This document shows positions 1 through 12,959 of a DNA stretch of 64,000 bases, one piece after another (positions within the stretch are counted from its first letter, which is position 1; every line of letters starts with the position of its first letter). The translations under genes and the position numbers were made by a program. A model generated the notes under the pieces. That model ran no database searches. It was not told the DNA's origin and saw nothing but the letters and a program-made list of their open reading frames with translations. This DNA is from Lama glama (taxonomy: Eukaryota). The stretch lies in contig CM052818.1 of NCBI GenBank assembly GCA_028534125.1, forward strand, positions 4,404,001 to 4,468,000, written 5' to 3'.

Positions 1-736
1 CGTCCTGGGCTGTCGTACATTGTCTAGAACCTGTGAATCTTCACGGAGCTCATTTATCTTGGGAGGGAAACTCTGAGCAGACTTGAAGGCAGGGGTAGGA
101 GACACCTGCTGAAGACACCAGGGAGCATTTGGCAGGGTGGGTGGGGAAATGAGGCAAAACAGAGCGTGGGGAGCTGGGAGTTAGCCCACGCTCCCCCTCC
201 TGCGGCATCTGGTGCCCCAGGAGCTGCTCTTAAGCAATGCTGGCGTGAACCTGTACTGATCCTTCCCTTTGGGAGTGAGGGGAGACAGGCTTAAAGGTGT
301 TAAAATGTTTGGAGAACATCCAAGGAAAAGCTTGTCGCAAACGCAACGTATTAATGAAAACAGCTTGGGCCTGGCTAAATGGTGATTTTTCGAACAAAAC
401 AAACAGATGGGAGTTGACGACAATTGTTCTGAAAAAGAAACAGTCCAGTCCTGGTACACGGAGCCTGATGCTTCCTCAGTGTCTTCCCAGAATTCTCCAC
501 GCTGCGGTTTTCTCCAATGTAGGCTGGTATCTATTTATTCTCAGGAACACCAGCAACCACCTCAAGGGACCTCTTACGGGCACAAGCACATTCTCTAATG
601 TATGCCAGCTGGAGGAACAAAGGTTATTGCTTTTTTTTTTCTTTTTCTTTTTCAGATTATTTGCTTTGCATTCTAGGGGAGGGCCTCTCACGGGCCATTG
701 GAATGATCTGAGATGCTTATTAAAATTATTATTTGT

Positions 737-860
737 GGGGGGAAGGTAGAGCTCAAGTGGTAGAGTGCATATTTAGCAGGCAGGAGGTCCTGGGTTCAAT
801 CCCCAGTCCCTCCTTTAAAAATAAATAAATAGATCTAATTATATCCCCCCCCAAAAAAAC
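737..860 (+). mobile_element. tRNA-derived SINE (camelid Vic-1-like)
   Basis: A-box-like agctcaagtggtagag, B-box-like gggttcaatccc, A-rich tail, flanking aaaattattattt duplication. Confidence 0.85.
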
Positions 861-2284
861 CATTTAAAAATTATTATTTTTATTAATATAGATTCTTGAG
901 CTCCACCTTGTCACGCCTGCCAAATTAGGTGGAGTCTCTGGGAGGAAATCGAAAGCATCTGCATTTTAACAAGCACCTTCGTGATCCTTATGGCGGGAAA
1001 GTTGAGAAACCACTGCCCTAAGGTCTATTCACTCTGGTCCTTCTGTTTAACGTTCGTTGACTTTTTCAACGAACATTCACGTGCCAGCTACTCTGTGGGA
1101 CCGGAAACGGTGAGGGTACTCCAATAAATATTCAAGTGGCTCATCACCAGTTAATTACAGTTCAAGGTGGTAAAAGCTGTGCCAGAAGGGGATATAAAAT
1201 CCATGAAAGGCGAGAGGAGGCGGCTGCAGGAGTTGAAGGCAGTTTTGTAGACGATATCTGAGCTGCATCTTGACAAATAAGTAGCATCCCTTCAGGAGGC
1301 TTGGGAGAAAGCACACTGAACGCATAGGGAAGGTATCACAGGGAGTCGGCCCGTGAGGGCGTGTGGTCCACTCTGGAAGGTGGGATTCTGCGCACCTGGA
1401 GCCCAGGGAGTAGAGGAGGAGGAAAGAGGCATAGACCTGACTATGAGCAGCTTGGCATAGAAGCTGAGAGGTGTAGGTTTTGCTCTATGGAAAACAGGAG
1501 CTGGAGAATATTTGAAGCATCAAATGACAGGATGCTAGGTGTGTCCTGTCTCATTGTTTGGAGCAGAGAGAAGAGGAGAGAAGCATCTGCAATGATGAGA
1601 GGGCAGGAGGCTAAACCCAGACAAGGGCACGCGGGGGCAGAGAGGGCTTGGGGGTGGAGTTCAGGGACTGTGAGAATCCTGGGGAGGGGGAGACCTAGAG
1701 GGAGCTTAAGCCGCAGGATGGAGAGGTAGAGAGGCCATTGCCCAGGACAGGAAATGAGGTAGGTCCAGATTAAGCAAGGGATGTGAGAAACAGCCAGTCC
1801 GCATCCAGAGCCTCATCCAGGGGAAGACACTTTCAACACCCATATGAGCCTCCCAGCTCAGAATTTGAAAGCCAACCTGACATTTGAGCTTGTGAGCGAA
1901 TTGCCTATAGGTGACAGCTTCTGCTGAGCTAGGCAATAGGTTTAAAGCTATCTGGTAAGTGGGAAAAAAAGTCACCACATAATATGTAGTTTGATTCCTT
2001 TTATGTTTTTAAAAACTAAGTGCAGGGAGATAGATTGGGAGAGAGACAGAGAGAGGCTGGGATTTGAGGAAATACAGAGCAAAGGCAGGTTACTATTAAT
2101 GAAGATGAGTGGCGCCAGGAGAGGAAATGGAAGGACTCTTGACAATTTACTCTGAATCCCTGCACATTTCACTAAAGTAGCAAACATTTTATTTAAATCA
2201 TTCTTAAGAATGAGCTCTATGGATGTATATGCTTTTGTAACTTCTTTCAGCAACTTTTACAAAGACACTTACGCATCTTCTTGG

Positions 2285-2310
2285 CTGCCACTAGATGGTA
2301 CTAGTGGCAG
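2285..2310 (+). promoter_or_regulatory. CTCF-like motif within a 10-bp inverted repeat
   Basis: ctgccactagatggtacta resembles the CTCF core (CCACTAGATGGCA); ctgccactag...ctagtggcag are perfect inverted arms. Confidence 0.45.
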
Positions 2311-3159
2311 GACAGACTGGGCTCGTCCGTGACACCTGCCTGTGGGTCTAACTCCCTAATGTCAAAGCGTGAAGCAAATGAATTCGCCAACTATTACAGC
2401 TCAGGGCTCCAGACTCTGAGACTTCCCATTTATTCCCTTTTGGATGTGAGACATAAGATTTTCTATTTAATTTAATGTTCTATTTCCATTTTCAAGTAAA
2501 AATACGACCTCTCTGTAGCAATCTAAGTTATACACAGTTTGGTTCACATGTATTCTGTTCATCCCAAGATCTCCATTTTACAATGATATTCCCAAGCCAA
2601 ATCTTACTCAGATGCATAAAAATAATTGTACTTTTCTCTGTGATGACGCCCTCCACCTGAGGCTCCCTACTTCCAAGATCATACCTTCCTTTCCACCCGC
2701 TTACCCTTAATTCTCTTGGAGAGTCATTCCTTCCATCACCTCAATTGATGTAGGCAGGAGACAGAAATGTTACACCTATCCTGTCTCTCCATCCCATGAT
2801 AATGCAGCATTTGTGATTTCACAGCTGGCAGACTTTCCCACTTTTCAGCCAGGGCTAATCTCTTCTCATATCCTAGAGTCTGAACTCACTCATGTGTTGT
2901 TCTTTGTGCTAAAACAATATTTCATTCCAAAACGTGGTGCCTGAGATTCCCAGTCCCTGAACTAGCATAGCCTGGCAGGATGCAGGGGAAATACATGTGT
3001 GCTCTCTTTGGGACGCCAAGGAGGCCAGCCTGGTGCACAGAAGCTACTCAGTCCGTAAGGGTGCCATGCCAAGAGGTGTCTGCAGTGGCTCTGGCTTGGC
3101 TAAGCCATGCACCTGGTCGTAATCCCCAACGGACCTGGCGTGATTTATTCCCTTCTTAC

Positions 3160-3210
3160 CGCCACCCTCCACCCCATCCCTCCAGCAGGGCCCTTGTGCT
3201 GAGCTGGCCT
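3160..3210 (-). pseudogene. Pseudo-exon (51 nt, phase 2-2, open)
   Basis: Acceptor tcttcttgggttttttccag, donor gcg|gtaaga. Frame (K)GQLSTRALLEGWGGGW(R) is in phase with both neighbours. Confidence 0.65.
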
Positions 3211-3577
3211 CTGGAAAAAAACCCAAGAAGAAGAGCAGCAAGGTCACAGAGTTGTACTTGACACTCCCTGTATGGCCAGTTGAGCCGCCGATAAATACCA
3301 GAGGGGAGAGTCAGGAACATCCCCTGCAAACGACGCTAGATAGTAAATGGATATTAGCCACTGTCCAACGTTCATAATGACAAAGACTACTATTTCTCTG
3401 AGCTCTTGCTGTTTGCCAAGCCCTGTGCTAAGTATGTTATCTAGTTCATCTTATTTGATTTCCTCAATTACCCTCTAAGGTAGCATTATTGCTCCATTTT
3501 ACAGATGTGGATACAGAGACTTGGAAAGTTTCAAGTGACAGACTCAAGTTTATACGTTTTCAAAGCTTGTCTTTTTC

Positions 3578-4010
3578 TTAACTGAAGTGTAGTTGATTTA
3601 CAATGTCATGTTAGTTTCTGGTGTACAGCATAGTGATTCAGTTATATATTTTTTTTCTTTTTCATGTTCTGCTTCATTATAGGTTATTGCAAGATATTGA
3701 ATACAGTTCCTGTGCTGTATAGTAGGACCTTGTCATTTATTCATTTTATATATAGTAGTTTGTATCTGCTGATTCCAAACTGTCAATTTATCCCTCCCGA
3801 CTTTCCCCTTTGGTAACCATAAGTTTGTATTCTGTGTCTGGGAGTCTCTTTCTGTTTTGTAAACAAGTTCATCTGTGTCATTTTTTTTTGTCAGATTCCA
3901 CATATAAATGATATTTGTCTTTGTCTGACTTACTTCACTTAGCGTGATAATCTCTCGATCCATCCATGTTGCTGTAAATGGCCTTATTCATTCTTTTTTA
4001 TGGCTGAGTC
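3578..4010 (-). mobile_element. LINE-1 3' end fragment
   Basis: gaagtgtagttgatttacaatgtcatgttagtttctggtgtacagcatagtgattcag...ccatccatgttgctgtaaatgg is typical reverse L1 3' UTR. The - ORF begins MDREIITLSEVSQ. Confidence 0.85.
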
Positions 4011-4197
4011 AAAGCTTGTCTTCCTTATCCTGTTCTGAAAATAGTTAAGGGCTCTGGTTGTTCAGAGATCTGTTTACACCCCATTTGGTAGACTATGAGG
4101 ACCCTCGACTCCTTCCTCCTTAGCCCCATAGTTCACTATCCTTGCAGAAGGAGAGAAAAAAATCAAGGCAAGAAAGTGCATGAAGACACCCACATAC

Positions 4198-4517
4198 TTT
4201 GTCCTGACCTTTCGACTCAGTTATACATTTTTTAAAGGCAAGACCTATGCTCTTTGGTACTTCTTGTCTCCCCTCAGCAGCTCCCAAGATGTTCCACCCA
4301 CGACAGTTTCTCAGTACTGTGTGGCTTCCGTGACCAGCTGGTCTCTTGTTCACATCTGGGATCGAGAAAGTTAGTGATGGAATTTAACCCAAGGTTGGCG
4401 ATTTTCTGTGGGTCTGGATAATTTTTACCATCTGCTTCCCCTTACCACGAATCCTTGGAAATGGAATATCTATTGTTTCCCAAGTTGAAATACTTTATCG
4501 AATTTTTTTAGATGAGT
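4198..4517 (-). pseudogene. Two phase-compatible pseudo-exons (4517-4446, 72 nt; 4355-4198, 158 nt)
   Basis: Donors gtg|gtaagg and aaa|gtatgt; acceptor with ctaac branch point plus tttctcgatcccag. Joined frame THLKKFDKVFQLGKQ*IFHFQGFV|M*TRDQLVTEATQY*ETVVGGTSWELLRGDKKYQRA*VLPLKNV*LSRKVRT(K). Confidence 0.65.
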
Positions 4518-5399
4518 CTAGTTGTATTATTGTAAGAAACACTAATCAACTGTGGTTGGTTGAAAATAGTAAACGAGAATAAATTCACAACCACCTTCTC
4601 CTTCTTAGGAACTTGGCACTGAAGCTTGTTTTCGTGGTGTAATTAGGCAGGGACTTCTGTGACTTAATTTTAAAAGCCTGAATTATAATCACCTATCTTT
4701 TTTTTTTTCCAAACAGTTTTCTTCTCTGCTACCCGTGGATGAACCTGATTGCTTTTCCAAATTCAATGATGTCAGATCAGCAGGGAGCAAATTTGAGACT
4801 GTGCGATTCCCATCAGCTATTAGCTGGGGAGAGCGTTCCATCCCCAAGGTCTAAGTTCAGTTCTAAAGGGCATGTTTTCTTTTCAACAGATGGAGTTATC
4901 CCTGTTAATGGTAATGGGTGTTATGAGTGAGCATGCAGAAGGCTCCGTGTCCCTAAGATTTTCCCAAGCACGAATTTCTTGAGGCCAAGTTAAACACAGT
5001 TCGGCTCACTGGCTCCATCCTCCTCTGTGTTCAGATAAATGTTGATACTTGAATAAGACTCTAAGTGATGGAATGCCAACACATGTGGCTTCTGCATCTG
5101 TCATCTAAAGGATGTGCCTTTAAAAATGGATTCCTTTCTTCTCTGTTTAATTCTTGTCCTGGCAAGTCATTGTAACCCTGCAAGAGAGGCAAGGAGATGT
5201 TTCTGAACAGTTTTTTTTCTGCCCAGACATCCAACAGCTTGTGCCAGGGAGTGAGATATACCGGTACCGAATTAACATCCTATTCTGAAACGCTTGCATC
5301 CTAATCTATCATCCTTGGCTCATTCGGTATCAGATACTCTGCTATCATGAAGTGAAAACAAGAGTGACTGAAATATGAATAACAAACCGTTCAAGAGGA

Positions 5400-6311
5400 A
5401 CTCCTGGGCTTGTACCCAGAAGGAAATCTACTTCAGGATGACACCTGCACCCCAATGTTCATAGCAGCACTATTTACAATAGCCAAAACATGGAAACAAC
5501 CTAAATGTCCATCAACAGGTGACTGGATAAAGAAGATGTGGTATATTTATACAATGGAATACTACTCAGCCATAAAAACCGACAACATAATGCCATTTNN
5601 NNNNNNNNNNNNNNNNNNNNNNNNNNNNNNNNNNNNNNNNNNNNNNNNNNNNNNNNNNNNNNNNNNNNNNNNNNNNNNNNNNNNNNNNNNNNNNNNNNNN
5701 NNNNNNNNNNNNNNNNNNNNNNNNNNNNNNNNNNNNNNNNNNNNNNNNNNNNNNNNNNNNNNNNNNNNNNNNNNNNNNNNNNNNNNNNNNNNNNNNNNNN
5801 NNNNNNNNNNNNNNNNNNNNNNNNNNNNNNNNNNNNNNNNNNNNNNNNNNNNNNNNNNNNNNNNNNNNNNNNNNNNNNNNNNNNNNNNNNNNNNNNNNNN
5901 NNNNNNNNNNNNNNNNNNNNNNNNNNNNNNNNNNNNNNNNNNNNNNNNNNNNNNNNNNNNNNNNNNNNNNNNNNNNNNNNNNNNNNNNNNNNNNNNNNNN
6001 NNNNNNNNNNNNNNNNNNNNNNNNNNNNNNNNNNNNNNNNNNNNNNNNNNNNNNNNNNNNNNNNNNNNNNNNNNNNNNNNNNNNNNNNNNNNNNNNNNTT
6101 TCAAAATTGTAGAATAGATAAACAAGATTACACTGTATAGCACAGGGAAATATACACAAAATGTTATGATAAATCACAGAGAAAAAAATGTGACAATGAG
6201 TGTGTATATGTCCATGAATGACTGAAAAATTGTGCTGAACACTGGAATTTGACACAACACTGTAAAATGATTATGAATCAATAAAAAATGTAAAAAAGAA
6301 AAAAAAAAAAA
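5400..6311 (+). mobile_element. Young 5'-truncated LINE-1 (ORF2 C-terminus, 3' UTR, poly-A) containing an assembly gap
   Basis: Intact ORF2 C-terminal peptide TCTPMFIAALFTIAKTWKQPKCPSTGDWIKKMWYIYTMEYYSAIK; poly-A tail; target-site duplication aagagga at 5393-5399 and 6312-6318. Confidence 0.93.
5599..6098. other. Assembly gap (500 N)
   Basis: Run of N. Confidence 1.
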
Positions 6312-8026
6312 AAGAGGAGACGGCCAGTTCCAGAGGGTTGACTCCACCGCCTCGAGGTGTGTACCAACGCCAAAGAAGCCGAAATAAGAGGCAGCCTTGT
6401 TTGTGCAGTTCTTAATAGGCCCCGGAGGGAAAGGGGACAGCTCAATGAGACAATCTTGCCTAATTTTTTTTTTCCTTAGGTTCTTTACTCTATTTCATGC
6501 AACTTGTGATTTAGAAAGGTCTCGAAAATGCGATGGGTCTAAGAGCATCAGTCTGCCAAGGCTCTTAAAATGCATGTTAACAGCTTTGATCTTGTTGCCT
6601 ATAAAGCTATCTATAGCAGGAATGGCATTTAATGTGTGTTTAAACTCAGTTATTTCTGCATAGGAAGGCCTTTACAGGCATTTGTCAATTCTTTGCCAGA
6701 AAAAAAGAGTGGGAATTGATCTGACTAATAAGAAGGTGAAGACTTGCATGTCTTTTGAAACTGTGTTTAAGGTTATAAACAACTCACCCCCTTCTTTGCC
6801 TACCAAACACAAAACGTCAACTTGTGGGTTTTGTTTTGTTTTGTTTTTTTCATGACTGTTGGCCTCAATTCTTGGCTCAGGAGATAATAGAAAACAGTTT
6901 AACTGGTTTTGTCTTGTTTGAGAAACTAAAATTAAAATGTCAGGAGTTATTTATTTTAACCCACAAACAGGAAAGAAAGCGGTCTGTCAGAGAAAGTCAT
7001 AAAGACAATTTTCCAAATGTGGGGACCAGTTGAATGTAGTACCAATCTAAAAAAAAAAAGTGTCTTTAAAAAATATTTGTAATGTGGTTTTTGTAATTGC
7101 TTTCTCGAGTTGCAACTGGACACTAGGCTTTATTCTCATCTTTCAGTTACTGGCATGTCATAATCTACTCGAGGGAATGGCTGCCTAAATTACCATAGCC
7201 ATAAATATTCTAGTGGAAAACATTTGCAAGGCTCATTTTCAGAGGCACGCTGCAGTACCCCGAAGTTGACATCTATCTCATAAGACTAAATTCGATTCTA
7301 TTTTTCTGTATAACGGTCAACAATGTCTAGGTGTCATTTTAAACATGGCAACTCCAGAAGCACGACAGAAAAGAGTTATATGGATGCTGCACAAACCAAT
7401 ATTGCAGTTTATTATGAAAAAAAAAAAAAAGAACTACCTAGTGATGGTGACTTCCATTTTTCATACGACTCAACTTTGACGGCCAAGCACCCTCCAGTAT
7501 TTACTCTTGGCTAGAATAAGTGATTTTTTGGAAAATGAAACTTGGACAAGTGTATGTTATGCTGACTCTTGACACATTCAATCTCTTTCTGGTTTTTAAA
7601 ACCCATAAATCACACCCTGGTTGTCAGCGTTTTAGCTTTTGAAGAAGGAATAGCACTAAGTGTTTATTCACCAAAATTAACCGAGCTGAAGTCACCACGG
7701 CTAATTCTGGCTCATTCCTGGTATTCTTCTCATCACAACTTACTTGGCTAAACCAGCAAATGTGCTTTATTAACTGAATGTTTGAGTGAGTGGTTGTGTA
7801 TACATTGTGTTGCCAGTTATACAACATTGGGTACTAGTCCCCGGCCGATCTGCAACTGGGAGGCATATTTGTGTTTCAGCCAATAAGTCTTTATCGCGTG
7901 CCCAGTATACACTAAGGGGTTGGAACAGAAAAGGAGACTGTGAAGCAATCTGTGGATTACCTTACAAGTTACAATGTTGAGGCAAAAATGTAAATGTCAG
8001 CCACAATAAGCAAGTCAATCACTTAC

Positions 8027-8272
8027 CGGCTTAAGGAGAAGATCTTTTACTTTCCTTGTTGCTTTTGATCGTCATTGTATTTATTAAGTTCCATTTTTTT
8101 AAATCCATGCATAGGAACTATTGGAAGCTTACTAAGTAAATTTATATCTCGAAGTCTGAAGTGTTAGTAGTGCCAGCAAGTGATTTGTGACTGCAGGTCC
8201 CGGAAACAAATTGCTGACATTTTTGAGAGTCTCAGTTGGATACTCAAACCACTCTCCCTCAACTCTATCAAT
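8027..8272 (-). pseudogene. Pseudo-exon (246 nt, phase 2-2)
   Basis: Acceptor tttctgcttctctttag, donor ccg|gtaagt. Frame LIELRESGLSIQLRLSKMSAICFRDLQSQITCWHY*HFRLRDINLLSKLPIVPMHGFKKMELNKYNDDQKQQGK*KIFSLS(R) joins in phase to the 7911 block (VYWARDKDLLAETQICLPV). Confidence 0.7.
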
Positions 8273-9384
8273 CTAAAGAGAAGCAGAAATGTTTTTATAT
8301 GTGAGGAATGAGTCTCTTCTCAAGCTGTAAACACATAGGGCTCTGAGTCCAACCTCCTGGGCTCCCATTCCGGGCTGGGCAACTGCTTCCACAGGTCCCC
8401 AGGGTAAGTTGCCTGGTCTCATGAAATCTTCCTCTCCCTGCCTGTTAAAAGGAAAGGAGGGCTAATAACGCTTTTACCACAGGGGTGTTGGTAAAAATTA
8501 ATTACTGTTTATTATGTGCTCCATTAACTTCCTCAGGTGATTCTTCACTTAGAATTTACACAGCACTTGCTGGTTACTTAAAGTCTTTAAAACAGTCCTT
8601 GGTTTTTCACCTCAGGCAAAAAAAATATAACAAATCTTTATACTTCAAACAGTAGGATTAAGCGTAGGAACATTTGGCTTTCCAGGAACAATTATTTTCC
8701 TGAGGTGAAAATACGAGCATGTTACAAAATCTTATTTCCCCAGCTGTAGACTATGAATAGAGCCGCTTTCATTTATAGTTGATAAAAGCCAAAGGAAGAA
8801 GGTTTTTTTTTTTTCAATAAAAGTCATTTTAATAGCTTATTCTGCCATTCTGCCATCTTTGGTGATGTTTTCAACTGCTCACTATTGAAGGGAAATTGGT
8901 TAATCTATTTTACGATGATTTAATTCTAGCGCTTAAAGGAAACCCGAGGGGTGATTTGGTTGCTGTCTCCTGCCTGAGATAATAGTATTGAGCACCTACT
9001 CTACAAAGCAACATTCTCATATTGCAGATGAGGAAACCGAGGCTCCGAGAGCTTAAATAAAAGAGCAGAGATTGAAACCCTCACCATTGGACCCCACAGT
9101 CCATTCTCTTTCCACCACCTCAAACAGCCACCTCCAAGAAGTTATGCCTAAAGCTCTCCTGCTCTATACAGACATGCATTTCTTCTCTTCTTTGTCCCCA
9201 TCCTCTCTCTGAACTTAAAAATTAAACCAAGATATTCTGCTGAACTCCAGTCCCATCCCCAGAGAGCCCAAGAGCACTCCCAAATCATCTGTTAAAAGTT
9301 ATTTCAAAGAATAGGCAGTTTGAAATCACTTTAAAAAGACACTTTTTATCCATTTTTATTAAAGGGAAAAAAAGCTGCATATAC

Positions 9385-9597
9385 CCTTTCTTGAGAATTG
9401 ACTTAATCTACTCTGTTTTAGCAATTTCTTATACCAAATCAAAATACATATTAGATTATCAAAGCCCTTAAACTTTGTACTGGAGTAGAATATACATATA
9501 GAAATGAAGTATCCTTAATTTTTGAAATGGCTAAAATCCATCCCATCTTCATCTTGTAATAGGACAAGATGCCATTTCACATCTCAGAGAAACGTAT
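9385..9597 (-). pseudogene. Pseudo-exon (213 nt, phase 1-1)
   Basis: Acceptor attattccttag. Frame (D)TFL*DVKWHLVLLQDEDGMDFSHFKN*GYFISICIFYSSTKFKGFDNLICILIWYKKLLKQSRLSQFSRK. Donor gtatat. Confidence 0.5.
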
Positions 9598-10250
9598 CTA
9601 AGGAATAATTAGCTCTCCTGATGTATAAATTAGCTCATATACCTAAGATTGCTTTGAAAGGTTAAGCTCATTTTGTAAATGAAAGCATTATTGGTAAAGT
9701 ATTATTATAACTACGATTATCACTTAAATGATAATAATATATTTTCCTATGTCTTTGGACAACAGGCAAGACAAGTTAAAAATAATAAAAAAAAATTACA
9801 GGCACTCTGCACACCATCACTATCTTTCAACAGTGATTAATAACCAATATGTACAATATGTGTAAAATGTACCACCACATAAATTGCATATCATCCTCAT
9901 TGCCTATTATTGAAATGATACGGCCTTAAAGTCCAGAAGTACCCAAAAATTTGAATAGCAATTGCGAGAAGTCAGTCTTAAGTAAATATTCATCTTTGAC
10001 CTTTCATTTTGACTCATATTCCCCTGTTTAACATTCACTGACAATTCAATGGATGGAGAGCGCTCATCAAACTCACATCACTGTTCTAAGCTGGTGAGTA
10101 TCAGACCCCCAGCTATGGAGGCTCAGTGAGGCTCCTGGGCTGAGAACACATATTTATTGAAATGTTACCAGTGAGCATAGGTCTTTAATTGTAGTTAGAT
10201 GCACTGCTCTTATCTTTAGGCAATGAATCAATTCAGCACTACCTTTAACT

Positions 10251-10382
10251 TATTTTATTTATTTGGGGGGGGTAATTAGGTCTATTCAGTTACTTATTTT
10301 TAGAGGAGGTACTGGGGGTTGAAGCCACGACCTTGTCCATGCTAAGTATGCGCTCTACCACTTGAGCTCTACCCACCCTCCC
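10251..10382 (-). mobile_element. tRNA-derived SINE (Vic-1-like)
   Basis: Reverse complement of the same consensus (ctctaccacttgagctctaccc; gaggtactggggg). Confidence 0.85.
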
Positions 10383-12959
10383 TACCTTTAACTTAGGTGG
10401 GAGAATGTAAGTCAGCAAATATCCTGTCCTATGCCAAGACTCAGATGAAAGAAAAACATAGTAGCCATTCTCCATTTGCCTTGAAAGGTTGGCTGGGACT
10501 GAAACCCTATTCTCACTGTCTACTGTGGCAGGTGCAGGAGCTGAGAAGCCCTCTGGGTACCACATCTCAGCTCTGCCGCTCCCTCCTGGTCAGGGACTCT
10601 GGCACCATTAGCAGAAAACACTCTGGGAAGGTCCCCTGAGGGTCTGAATTCAGCTTTTGTCTGCCTGGTGAAAAACATAATTCTCCTCCAACAATTCCCC
10701 TAGGATTCTGCCCAGGGAGTAACGTGTAACACTAAACCTACCCACTTTGAAGAACAAGTGAGCTAGATGAGAAAAAAAACAATGTTCCACAAACTTGCTG
10801 ATGGAAACCTTGGTAGTTTGAGTTCAACGTGCTATCAGAGGTTGATTAATTATACTCATAGCACTAAATTCTGGCTGTAAGGTTTCAGGGGGAAAAAGTC
10901 ATATTTTTAGAGAGTATTACATATAAACACAGATGTTTAAAAGATCATAAAACTTTTTTATTTAAGAGCTTTGTTGAGAGTAACATATTTATGAAATTTA
11001 GAGTCCAATATAATGACTTACTTAAATCATTTGATTTTCTAACTTCTTTTCTTTAGCATTGAAATCTTTATACTCTTTCAGATCCTGCCCCAAAATTATT
11101 TACATAGAAATATGTTTAAAGGTTTTCATTTTATGAACTTTATATGGTCCTAGAGCTTAAATTTAAAAAAAAAAGAAACAAATACCAAATTTTAAAAAGA
11201 AGTTATGGGGCGAGGGGTGGAGAGGAATTAGACCTGATCTATTAGTCATATAATATGTTCTCCTGCTAAATCAGACAGAGGAATTCTAGGGCAGCAGATA
11301 AAAAGCTATTCTAATTTCACTTATAACTTTTTGCTGATACTTTAACAACTCCTATGGTGAGAAAGTGCTTTTAGGTACCCAAAATTAATGATAAAGAATG
11401 AGGGGTCATTAACTACATAGAAACACTGTACTTTTGGTACAATAAACTCAAAAATGAAATACATAAAGCTACTAAAAATAAGTAAACAAAGTCTGTATGA
11501 CTCTATTCCAGAGACAAAGGCTCTTGACTAATTCAGAAAGTACTGGTCTTCCCTCCCCTTCCAATACTCACTTGATTTCCTTAACTTAGGTAGTTACATA
11601 ACTGATTCTGTGACTTGTAAACAAACAGCCCTATTGCTTGACAATTCTGGATCTGTGGGTTTGTACTGCTGTTTCCCTGTGGAGGTTCAAAGCTGCATAA
11701 TGATTTATTCTTTCCCCACCCCTGTCTTCTTTTCTTATTTTGCTTCCTCTTTTTTTTTTTTTTTGTCAAAGTAGGTTAAAAAAAAAATCCTGGAGAAGTA
11801 AGTGTGAAAACAAACCCTGGTGCTACAGGATTGAGGCCACCAGTCTAAACACTCTAGGCACAAGAAATGCAAAGTTATGAGGGTCTCCTATCCAGACGAG
11901 CTCCCCAGAAGGAGACTACTAATATGCAGCAGTTTATTATTTTTTTTCCAGCATCCCCCAGACTCCTAACCATATGCTCTTGTATAAGGCAGCTTTGATT
12001 TCCCGTAATTTCCCACGCATGAAGCTTTCACAGCTTCAAAGAGAGCTCTGTGTGCAAAAAATACACGGGGGTGTAGTTCAGGAGGAGAATGAGGCTAGTA
12101 GGCAGAAGGTGGGTGAATTAACGCTCGAGTCTGTGCTTTAATTCCAGTGCTACCTTTCAGTGATGTGCCCTAGTTATAAAACTGACTGCTGGCAAGTTAG
12201 AAGCTTTCCATTTTGGTAATTAGACCTAATCAATTACCTGGAATGGAAACACACCTAATTCCACCATAGAGAAGTTAGATTCCAGACTGGTTTTTAGGTT
12301 GTGGATTTGATTTATTTTCCATGGTGTAGATAAAGTTCAATATCATGGTGTGTTGTGCTGCGCATGTGCCGGCATCTTGTGTCGCTGATGGAAGCTTCAG
12401 GAAGACTTTTCATTGCATAATAATGTAACACAGTTAAAAATAAATACAGAATAAATTATCTGAGATTTTAAAAAACCTAGAAATTTATGTAGGTTCGAGT
12501 GAAGGAAAACAACAGAAGTTTTAAATGCCTTAAGTGATTACGTAAAATTTTAACTAATTCTCCTTTTGTGTATGCTATTTCAGGAGACCTTTATTTCAAA
12601 ATATTTTCAAATCGTTTTCTCTCCCATTTATCACCTATTCTTCTAGCAGTTTGGGCACTGTAAATTAATTCTATGCCAAAGAATCTTCTGGAACATTAGA
12701 ATCTAATTTACTAGTAGACTTTCTTCTTTAAAGGAGCCCCTGAAAGTATTTTATTAGCTGCACCAGGACAGAAACACAGATCTTTTGAAAATTGCAAAAG
12801 ACTTCTTTGAATGCTGTCTTTGGAGGTTTCATCTTATTTTCATGAATGTAATAAGAAATTTGTGATTAAGGGATACTTGGTGATCTCTTTATTTAAAGTT
12901 TTTAAAAATTTTATGCAATTTGTAAAGGTTACGTTTCACTGATGATCTCTTTATAAAAG

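Larger units (their letters stand above)
4693..6720 (-). pseudogene. Large pseudo-exon interrupted by an L1 insertion
   Basis: Acceptor cttcttattagtcag. About 135 codons with two stops (SIPTLFFWQRIDKCL*RPSYAEITEFKHTLNAIPAIDSFIGNKIKAVNMHFKSLGRLMLLDPSHFRDLSKSQVA*...GTHLEAVESTLWNWPSP). The frame resumes past the L1 (LERFVIHISVTLVFTS). Donor gtgatt at 4692. Confidence 0.55.

Noticed and set aside
297..749. 150-aa + strand ORF, possibly a terminal exon of the expected upstream neighbour CNRIP1
   Set aside because: No convincing acceptor and no recognisable CNRIP1 peptide beyond a 3-residue CLE match; it runs through a poly-T tract into a SINE.
737..860. tRNA genes at A-box/B-box-bearing elements
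   Set aside because: Dispersed diverged copies with A-rich tails and target-site duplications indicate SINEs; no full cloverleaf.
5410..6255. ORFs of 190-235 aa spanning N runs (also 44681-45309)
   Set aside because: Artefacts of assembly gaps; only the L1 ORF2 C-terminal peptide is real.
8510..8900. Additional protein-like - strand block that might be another pseudo-exon
   Set aside because: Could not place phase-compatible splice sites, so it was left out of the exon list.
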